From positions 3,616,001-3,680,000 of the forward strand of contig CAXXLX010000001.1 of assembly GCA_963665235.2 (NCBI GenBank): DNA of 64,000 bases, in the 5' to 3' direction. The position numbers were made by a program, and so were the translations under genes. The stretch is from Candidatus Poribacteria bacterium. Lineage in GTDB: Bacteria; Poribacteria; WGA-4E; WGA-3G. Position 1 is the first letter of the stretch; every line of letters starts with the position of its first letter. The notes beneath the pieces were generated by a model that saw only the letters and a program-made list of their open reading frames with translations, did no database searches and was not told where the DNA came from. Positions 56,822-64,000 of this stretch are shown here, in pieces.

Positions 56822-58033
56822 ATGACCTATTTTTTCCAAAACTTGCAAGCTGCTGCTATCACTTTGAGACGCTTACAAGTTTGCACTATTTTACTGATTT
56901 TTATTGCAAGTTCGCCTATCGTTTTCGGTGATGTTTATCGCGTCAAGAAAGGGGATACCCTACTTATTGCGGTGATTGGCCAGCCTGAGTATACCTATTC
57001 TGTGCAGGTACGCGAAGATGGGATGATTAGCTATTTCGGCGGCGATTTGGAGGTTGCTGGACAGACAGTTGCAGAAGTCAATCAACAGATTCGTGATTTC
57101 CTCGTGAGAGAGAAGCTCGTCAATAATCCTGTCGTTATGGTGTCTCCAGTGTTGCAAGAAAATAGTATCTATGTGGGAGGTGCTGTAAAAACACCGGGGC
57201 GATACGCTATATCCCCCGAGACCGACATCGGTTTGTACCGGGCGATTGCGCTTGCTGGCGGAACGGCTGAAAATGCTGACACCCAACAAGTTCAACTCAT
57301 CCGATTTGCCAATAGCAGCGGACAGAATCCCCTTAATACGCCTAAGGACAACACATCACAAGCGAAGGTTACAACTTACGACCTGTCAACAAATCGACCT
57401 TACCGTGATGTTCGTGTGAACGTCAAGGATTTGGTGTTCGTGATGCCGCTCAGCGTCGTTGAGGTGCAAGGAGAGGTAAAGGTGCCGGGAAAGCTGTTTA
57501 TCCGTGATAAAATCAGCATTGCGGACGCTTTAGCGCGTGCCGGGGGGTTAACGGAAGCAGGCGACCTGAACGCGCTTGTGAAAGTTAGTAAGGATGGCTC
57601 CCTCTCCGAATTCAGTGTGACAGAACAGTTTTGGAAACCCACAGATGCTAACGGGATGAACATCTCTCTATCCGATGGGGATGTGCTGTTTGTGCCGAAC
57701 GCTTTCAAGATAGAGTTTATCTATGTGAACGGTTATGTACGTACCCCTGGGGCACAACGTGTCCGCGGACCGACTACGCTGGCGAAGGTAATTGCATTGG
57801 CGGGCGGGTTTGAAGATGCTGCGAACCGCAAAGAGGTCCGTATTCACCGCGCGGATGGCACGAGTATAAAACACGTTTTTACTACTAATAAAGAGGGAAA
57901 ATCAATTTTACTTTATCCAGGGGACATCGTAGAGGTAGACAAACGGTTTCAGATAAATTGGAGTTTAGTGAGCACTATCGCTTCTACGGCTATCGGGTTG
58001 ACCTATCTGATTATTAATTTGACAGGTAATTAA
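56822..58033 (+). CDS. Polysaccharide export protein (Wza-like, SLBB repeats)
   Basis: Y.VK.GD.L.I.V, V..DG.I, three V.G.V..PG...ALAGG repeats. Confidence 0.88.
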   Translation: MTYFFQNLQAAAITLRRLQVCTILLIFIASSPIVFGDVYRVKKGDTLLIAVIGQPEYTYSVQVREDGMISYFGGDLEVAGQTVAEVNQQIRDFLVREKLVNNPVVMVSPVLQENSIYVGGAVKTPGRYAISPETDIGLYRAIALAGGTAENADTQQVQLIRFANSSGQNPLNTPKDNTSQAKVTTYDLSTNRPYRDVRVNVKDLVFVMPLSVVEVQGEVKVPGKLFIRDKISIADALARAGGLTEAGDLNALVKVSKDGSLSEFSVTEQFWKPTDANGMNISLSDGDVLFVPNAFKIEFIYVNGYVRTPGAQRVRGPTTLAKVIALAGGFEDAANRKEVRIHRADGTSIKHVFTTNKEGKSILLYPGDIVEVDKRFQINWSLVSTIASTAIGLTYLIINLTGN

Positions 58034-58053
58034 GACGAGCTGTTAATTGTTCA

Positions 58054-58253
58054 CTATAGTTTGGACAATATCTATGAACCTGATGCCCGATTTGCAAAGC
58101 GTCTCTGATTTTTCTAAAAGTTTCTCACACAAGGACAAATAATGGGAAAATAGAATATGATGTGCGAAAGCGCAGCCCCAGCGGGGCGGAATGTTTATAG
58201 AAGGACGCAACCCCTACACAATCTAGCCCCATCGGGGCGATATGTTTATAGAA
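58054..58253. repeat. Partial MITE-like element, inverted relative of 61749-61946
   Basis: ctatagtttggacaatatc..cctgatgcccgattt and two gcccca(g/t)cggggc...tttatagaa units. Confidence 0.8.
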
Positions 58254-58329
58254 TTTTCTTACCAAATAACACAAAAATATGATATAATAAATTTGAACTT
58301 TAGCAACGCGGAGAAAAACGGAAACATCT

Positions 58330-59265
58330 ATGAATCAACTTTTTGCTTACCTATGCATTGTCATCTTTGTCCTTGCATGCATGCCCGCGGCAGCGGCAGA
58401 TAACACAGATATCCACGAGAACGCTGGCACCCGCGCGATGACGTTTCTCAAGATCGGCGTGGGCGCGAAGGCGATGGGGATGGGAGAATCTCAAGTCGCC
58501 AGCACGAATGACCTTTACGCCTCCTATTGGAATCCCGCGGGGTTGGCAAAACTACAGGGGCCACAACTCGGTCTGATGCACAATGAATGGTTCGCTGGGA
58601 TTAACCATGAATTCGTCGGGTTCGCGTTTCCCGTTAGCAGTTTAGGCACCCTCGGTGGAAGTGTGAGTTTTCTCTCCTTCGGCGATTTGCAGGGACGGGA
58701 TGCGGATGGAAATGAGACGACTATTTTCCGTCCCTACGATTTAGCCTTGATTCTCTCCTACGCGCGTGCGCTCAGCAGTGCGTTATCTATCGGTGCGAAC
58801 GCAAAATTCCTGCATGAACAAATTGCTGACGACAGTGGAAGCGGTATTGCCTTCGATTTCGGTGGGTTATACACCTTTTCTGAATTGCCGCTCTCATTCG
58901 GGTTCAGTGCACAACATCTGGGTCCGCGTGTAAAGTTCATAGAGGAGGCGTTCGGGTTACCTGTCACCTTCAGATTGGGTGCGGCCTATAGGCTCTGGAA
59001 TGATGCCCTTACACTAACGATGGATATGATTCGTCCATCTGATAACGACATCGCCGCTGCGATTGGTACCAACTATAGGATATTGAACATCTTGCAGCTC
59101 CGCACCGGGTATAAGTACAAGATGGGTGGCAACGATTTAGGCGCGATGTCAGGGCTTGCAGGTGGGTTTGGACTTACCCTCCGCATATTCCAGATGGATT
59201 ACGCCTTAGTGCCGTTCGGTGTATTAGGGTTGACGCACAGGTTTTCATTAGTTGCCAGTTTCTAG
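58330..59265 (+). CDS. PorV/PorQ-family (FadL-like, UPF0164) outer-membrane beta-barrel
   Basis: FLKIGVGAKAMGMG, YWNPAGL and LRTGY motifs; C-terminal DYA..PFG.LG.THRFSL...F. Confidence 0.85.
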   Translation: MNQLFAYLCIVIFVLACMPAAAADNTDIHENAGTRAMTFLKIGVGAKAMGMGESQVASTNDLYASYWNPAGLAKLQGPQLGLMHNEWFAGINHEFVGFAFPVSSLGTLGGSVSFLSFGDLQGRDADGNETTIFRPYDLALILSYARALSSALSIGANAKFLHEQIADDSGSGIAFDFGGLYTFSELPLSFGFSAQHLGPRVKFIEEAFGLPVTFRLGAAYRLWNDALTLTMDMIRPSDNDIAAAIGTNYRILNILQLRTGYKYKMGGNDLGAMSGLAGGFGLTLRIFQMDYALVPFGVLGLTHRFSLVASF

Positions 59266-59280
59266 CGGTTGACGACAACG

Positions 59281-59973
59281 TTATTCAGCGGCTGCCCTAA
59301 TAAACGTTTCAAACAGTTTACGCCTATGTTTCCGAAACTCGGCTGTGTCAGTCATTCGTTCCGGGTGATATTGCACCCCGATTGCGAACTGTTTTGAGGG
59401 AGCTTCTATCGCTTCAATGATACCATCGGTTGACCGTGCGGTCACGACAAAACCCTCCCCAATCTCGTCTAACGCTTGGTGGTGCGCTGAATTGACTACG
59501 GCTTGATGTGCTGCAATGATTTCGCTTAACCGACTGCCGGGCTCAATCTCAATCTCATGCTGAGAATCCTTACCCTTTACCTTTTTATGGGGGAGTGCGT
59601 CCTGTCGATATTCAGTTTTTATATCTTGATAAAGGCTTCCGCCTGTTGCCACATTCATAATCTGTATACCCCGGCAAACCCCGAAGACAGGGATATCGGC
59701 ATCTAGTGCCTCTTGGCAGAGCGGTATTTCCAGGGCATCCCGTTTTTCGTCAACATATAGAAGTTTTGGATGCCACGCCTGATTGAAATGGTCAGGGTGA
59801 ATATCACCGCCGCCTGTTAGCAGTAGACCATCCATCTCACCGAGTGCCACCTCCGGTCCGTCTGGAAACAGAATGATCGGGGTCCCGTTATATTCTTCAA
59901 CTGCACGGATATAATTCGTGGGATGTGAGCGGTCTTCACCATTTTTACATGTAATTCCGATAATTGGGCGCAT
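59281..59973 (-). CDS. Peptidase C26 / gamma-glutamyl-GABA hydrolase-like glutamine amidotransferase
   Basis: PIIGIT, LTGGGD, GVCRG.Q, VNSAHHQ and GVQYHPE motifs. Confidence 0.9.
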   Translation of the reverse strand: MRPIIGITCKNGEDRSHPTNYIRAVEEYNGTPIILFPDGPEVALGEMDGLLLTGGGDIHPDHFNQAWHPKLLYVDEKRDALEIPLCQEALDADIPVFGVCRGIQIMNVATGGSLYQDIKTEYRQDALPHKKVKGKDSQHEIEIEPGSRLSEIIAAHQAVVNSAHHQALDEIGEGFVVTARSTDGIIEAIEAPSKQFAIGVQYHPERMTDTAEFRKHRRKLFETFIRAAAE

Positions 59974-60128
59974 GTGTAAAATCTCCTTTCAAAGTTGTTT
60001 TTAAAGTATATCCTATTTTGAACGCGGATAGCAAGCACATCTGCGTTCAAAATTGAAATTTTACCAAACTTTAGCTTGACAACTGTCAAATTTTATTGTA
60101 CAATATTTTTAGCTATGGAGGTGTAATT

Positions 60129-60485
60129 ATGACAAACAATGATCGCATGACAAATAATGAACCTATGACTCCTGAGGACCACTGGGGAGGCCCGGTCGCG
60201 CTGAGTCCTAATGGTCAGTGGATTTCTTTGCGGGAAGTGGTAGAAGAAGAACCTGCAAGGTTTTCGTTTGTTCAATTGTCTGCTGATCAAAAGTCGGAAT
60301 TGGTTGCGGAGCGTATCACGCGACGTCCTCGATTTGATGTGGGTGTGATAGGTCTCGGGATGATAAGCAGAAAACGTGCTATTAACGAAGTAAAGGCACG
60401 AACGCGTTTAGGGCTCACGTTAATCGATATAGAGCGGCGAATGATTGCCCGCCTCATCGAACTTGCACATGAAGGAAAACTTTGA
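60129..60485 (+). CDS. Hypothetical protein
   Basis: RBS ggagg; TTGACA-17-TACAAT promoter at 60076-60104 whose -35 lies in a TTGACA-ac-TGTCAA palindrome. Confidence 0.65.
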   Translation: MTNNDRMTNNEPMTPEDHWGGPVALSPNGQWISLREVVEEEPARFSFVQLSADQKSELVAERITRRPRFDVGVIGLGMISRKRAINEVKARTRLGLTLIDIERRMIARLIELAHEGKL

Positions 60486-60691
60486 CAGAACCTGATGCGC
60501 TGATTCAAAAGATTATAACCTCAAAATCAGCGCAATCTGTGATTTAGACAACATGTGCTGTCTAACCCTTCCACTCTTCCACTCTTCCACCCTTCCACTC
60601 TTCCACCCTTCCACTCTTCCAATCTTCCATCCCAATCATCCAATCCGAATTACGTTTGCTTTAGCAACCGTCCACATGATATAATTAGCAC

Positions 60692-61513
60692 ATGGCATTT
60701 ACATTGAACGAAATTCCTAGAAAAGAAATATCTATTACAGCAAACGGTGAGCCGGTTCTCACCTACTGCTGCGGCGATTCGGTAGACCGCTCCTATTTTC
60801 ATCCGCTTTACGCGCCAAATGGACAGGTCGTAACGGCAGATGCGGACGTTAGTCAACAGCATCCGCCGGGCGTGTGCTTTACATTCGGCACCATCAACGA
60901 CGAAAGCGGAGAGGTTATTCAGATGCATCGCAACGTTTTGGGACTTGATGAGCTTCTGTCCACACCTACATCTAAACCTACGGTGGGGCGCGTCACATTC
61001 ACTATCGTGACAGCATGGAACGCCCCGGAGCCTCTCCTGATAGAAACCCGCATGGTGACGGTTCACCCGCTTCAACAGGACATGCGGATTCTTGATGTAT
61101 CAGTAATACTCCACGCTCGCTCTCAGCCCATCGTGTTTTCGGACGATATTGGGCTAAGCTATCACGCTACCGAGATGGAGCATAGGAAAACTGCAAATGC
61201 AAACGGGCAGCTTGGCGAGTCGGAAGTGAATGGGCAATTATCGGAGTGGGGGACACTTTGCGGTATCGCAGCGGATACCGCTATCGGTGTGGCTATTCTT
61301 CCACACCCAGCAAACGGAGAAACACGGTTTACAGCGGCAGATGTATACGACGGTTTTCTGATTGCACATACCGCCCCCTTTACGTTGGCTTTCAAGAAGA
61401 CGCGCAGACTAGCCTATCGCTTGCTTATCTATAACGGCGACCTGTTTACTGTGGACATAGCGAATCGCTACCGCGGCTATCTATCCACAATGCGACGAGC
61501 GGCTATATACTAG
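60692..61513 (+). CDS. DUF6807/PmoA-like beta-sandwich protein (not a methane monooxygenase)
   Basis: RSYFHPL..PNG.VVT, HP.G, W, HP.N and L.YR....GD motifs. Confidence 0.7.
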   Translation: MAFTLNEIPRKEISITANGEPVLTYCCGDSVDRSYFHPLYAPNGQVVTADADVSQQHPPGVCFTFGTINDESGEVIQMHRNVLGLDELLSTPTSKPTVGRVTFTIVTAWNAPEPLLIETRMVTVHPLQQDMRILDVSVILHARSQPIVFSDDIGLSYHATEMEHRKTANANGQLGESEVNGQLSEWGTLCGIAADTAIGVAILPHPANGETRFTAADVYDGFLIAHTAPFTLAFKKTRRLAYRLLIYNGDLFTVDIANRYRGYLSTMRRAAIY

Positions 61514-61567
61514 AAACAAAAATATTTGCATTTCGTCCAAAAATGTGGTATCATTAGGTATAAATTA

Positions 61568-61946
61568 CTAAACTTTGGACAATTTTAGGGTGTGTAAAGT
61601 CAAAGGGATAGATGGAAGGGTGGAAGAGTGGAAGGGTGGATTTCGCTTGTGTTGTCTGAATCACGGAAGGCACGGAGAACGGAGAGAACGCGGAATGGAA
61701 GGTGCGGAACAATCAAAGGTTTGTGATTATAGGTTAGGGTGTTGTTCTTTCTATAAAGATACCGCCCCGCTGGGGCTATTTTGTGGTGTGGTTGCGTTTT
61801 CTATAAAGATACCGCCCCGCTGGGGCTATGCTTTTGCACATTGGTGTCTCTTTTCTACTGTTTGTGTTTGTGTGAGCAACAGTGAGAAAAATCAGAAATG
61901 CTTTGAAAATCGGGCATCAGGCTCACGGATATTGTCCAAACTATAG
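61568..61946. mobile_element. About 380-bp composite MITE-like element with 16-bp TIRs and TA flanks
   Basis: ctaaactttggacaat ... attgtccaaactatag (14/16), TA on both sides; interior has GGAAG repeats, TGTCTGAATCAC and two gccccgctggggc hairpins. Confidence 0.65.
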
Positions 61947-61977
61947 TATAATACCATTTCTAATTGAAAATGTCTCT

Positions 61978-62313
61978 TTCTTGTAGCATAAACTTCCAGT
62001 TTGTGCGGTTCTTGTAGCATAAACTTCCAGTTTGTGCGGTTCTTGTAGCATAAACTTCCAGTTTGTGCGGTTCTTGTAGCATAAACTTCCAGTTTGTGCG
62101 GTTCTTGTAGCATAAACTTCCAGTTTGTGCGATTCTTGTAGCATAAACTTTTAGTTTGTGCGGTTCTTGTAGCATAAACTTCCAGTTTGTGCGATTCTTG
62201 TAGCATAAACTTCCAGTTTGTGCGATTCTTGTAGCATAAACTTCCAGTTTGTGCGATTCTTGTAGCATAAACTTCCAGTTTGTGCGATTCTTGTAGCATA
62301 AACTTCCAGTTTG
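61978..62313. repeat. Tandem array of a 31-bp GTAG-hairpin unit (10 full copies + 1 partial)
   Basis: ttcttgtagcataaacttccagtttgtgcg(g/a), no spacers. Confidence 0.95.
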
Positions 62314-62390
62314 GGTCTTCCGTTCTCCGTTTCATTTCTATTCTTGTGGAGACAACCGGTAATGATAGAATAATTAATAAAAATGGTATA

Positions 62391-62503
62391 AATTAGCAAT
62401 TAGCAGCAATTGGCAAGAGATGTTGTGAGTCTAAGCAGGTTTATGACGCGCGTCAAAAACCTCTTCCTCTTGCTAATCGCCATTAGCCATTAGCCAATAG
62501 CCA
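62391..62503. repeat. Dispersed TGACGCGCGTCA palindromic element
   Basis: Core at 62444-62455 with aattagc and gccatta heptamers; related to 10318-10465 and 41039-41324. Confidence 0.8.
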
Positions 62504-62514
62504 ACTAAACAGAT

Positions 62515-63906
62515 ATGCAAAACAGAACAACCCCTCTACCTCTCTATAAACAGGCTCGAAAATTAGATTTGCCGGAATCCTCGCTGCCCAGCGGTCATGC
62601 CCCTGTACGGAAGGTTTACATTGAAACCTACGGATGCCAGATGAACGTCAGTGATAGTGAACTGATAGCAGGCATCTTGACAGAAGCAGGGCACCAAACC
62701 GTTTCGGATATTGCGGACGCGGATGTTGTCTTACTCAATACGTGTGCTATTCGGGAGAACGCGGAGACGAAAGTCCTCAATCGGTTAGTGCATCTGAATC
62801 ATCGGAAGCGTCGGGACCGCAATCTGATTATCGGGGTTTGCGGTTGTATGGCGCAACATCTACGCACGCAGCTTTTGACAGCTGCCCCGTATGTAGATTT
62901 GGTCATGGGGCCAGATGCATATCGGAATTTACCGATGGCACTCAACGCTGTCGCAAATGGTGACCCGTTTCTCAGTTTACAGTTGGACAAAAGCGAGGAC
63001 TATGCCGATATTGCTCCGATTCGCAAAGAGGGAATTCGTGCCTGGCTTACTATTCAGCGCGGGTGTGATAAGATGTGTACCTTCTGCATTGTGCCATTTG
63101 TTCGTGGCAGAGAGCGCAGCCTCCCCCTGAAACTGCTCACTGAAGATGTGAAAAGACTTGTTGATGAAGGTTTCAAGGAAATCGTCCTGCTCGGTCAGAC
63201 GGTGAACTCCTACCACGATGGAACGCACGATTTCGGCGAGCTGCTATGGCGAGTCGCCGAGGTTGATGGCGTAGAGCGGGTTCGATTTACATCCCCCCAC
63301 CCTGCTGATGCGACGGATAGTATGCTTGATGCGATGGCAGATTGTCCACAAGTTTGTAACCAGCTGCATCTTCCGTTGCAATCAGGCTCAACCCGTGTAC
63401 TGGAGCGTATGCGTCGGACCTACACAGCCGAGGCATACCGGGAGCTCGTTGCCAAACTTCGGGAACGGGTGCCAAATATTGCGCTTTCGACAGATGTAAT
63501 TGTCGGTTTTTGTGGCGAAACCGAAGCAGATTTTAAACAAACCTACCAGCTCATGGCGGACATTCGATTCGATTCAGCGTTTATGTTCAAATATTCAGAG
63601 CGTGAGGGAACGCTTGCGAATAAAACGCTACCCGACGATGTTCCTGAAACAGAAAAGGCCAGACGCTTAAATGAAATTATCACCCTGCAAGAGAAAATCT
63701 CCGCGGATATCAATCAAGACAAACTCGGCACAATCGTTCCCGTTTTAGTTGAGGGAGAAAGCCGACGCGATGATGCCCAATACCACGGCAAAACAGATAC
63801 GTTCAAAACGACAGTCTTTCCGAAGGAAACTGCAGAACCCGGGGACATAGTAAACGTGAAAATCCACGCTGCGACTGCACATACGCTAATCGGAAAAATT
63901 GCTTGA
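62515..63906 (+). CDS. miaB: tRNA-2-methylthio-N6-dimethylallyladenosine synthase
   Basis: ETYGCQMN, NTCAIRENAE, GCMAQ, GCDKMCTFC, RFTSPHP and a TRAM domain. Confidence 0.96.
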   Translation: MQNRTTPLPLYKQARKLDLPESSLPSGHAPVRKVYIETYGCQMNVSDSELIAGILTEAGHQTVSDIADADVVLLNTCAIRENAETKVLNRLVHLNHRKRRDRNLIIGVCGCMAQHLRTQLLTAAPYVDLVMGPDAYRNLPMALNAVANGDPFLSLQLDKSEDYADIAPIRKEGIRAWLTIQRGCDKMCTFCIVPFVRGRERSLPLKLLTEDVKRLVDEGFKEIVLLGQTVNSYHDGTHDFGELLWRVAEVDGVERVRFTSPHPADATDSMLDAMADCPQVCNQLHLPLQSGSTRVLERMRRTYTAEAYRELVAKLRERVPNIALSTDVIVGFCGETEADFKQTYQLMADIRFDSAFMFKYSEREGTLANKTLPDDVPETEKARRLNEIITLQEKISADINQDKLGTIVPVLVEGESRRDDAQYHGKTDTFKTTVFPKETAEPGDIVNVKIHAATAHTLIGKIA

Positions 63907-64000
63907 TGGAAGACGGTTTTTCGTGAAAAATATGCAAAAAATTAGAATTAAAAACAGAACAGAAATCGAGAAGATGCGGCAGAGCGGGCAAGCGGCAGCC

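Noticed and set aside
60692-61513. Particulate methane monooxygenase
   Set aside because: It is a soluble beta-rich protein without TM helices and there is no pmoB/pmoC; the family name is a misnomer.
61978-62313. CRISPR array
   Set aside because: The units are contiguous with no unique spacers and no cas genes nearby. The repetitive ORFs across it (61892-62399) are artefacts.

Overview
Bacterial chromosomal window. The gene content and style resemble Candidatus Poribacteria (inference, not a database result): PhyH dioxygenase, several Gfo/Idh/MocA and enolase-superfamily enzymes, a CRTAC1/ASPIC protein, an Rpn nuclease, and TolB-like propellers ending in a KxxxTWGxxK motif. The housekeeping backbone is a clpX-like ATPase, thiE, rsmB, rpsT, argD, ispE, tRNA-Gln, rplY, pth, mutS and miaB. 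Accessory modules are interleaved: (i) a tandemly duplicated ABC/AAA-ATPase + small PD-(D/E)xK-like nuclease operon, a candidate defence system (34.2-38.2 kb); (ii) two paralogous cassettes of a variable secreted protein + TolB-like propeller (3.9-6.0 and 42.4-44.4 kb); (iii) a sigma54-driven pair of exported ORFans beside a sigma54 activator whose leader was hit by an IS; (iv) a stand-alone small toxin/immunity-like pair (55.7-56.1 kb); (v) two decayed IS elements; (vi) many MITE/REP-like repeats, including a 31-bp x 11 GTAG-hairpin array and several 37-55 bp duplications that copy promoters or start codons. No CRISPR array and no rRNA were seen. All product calls come from motif recognition only.
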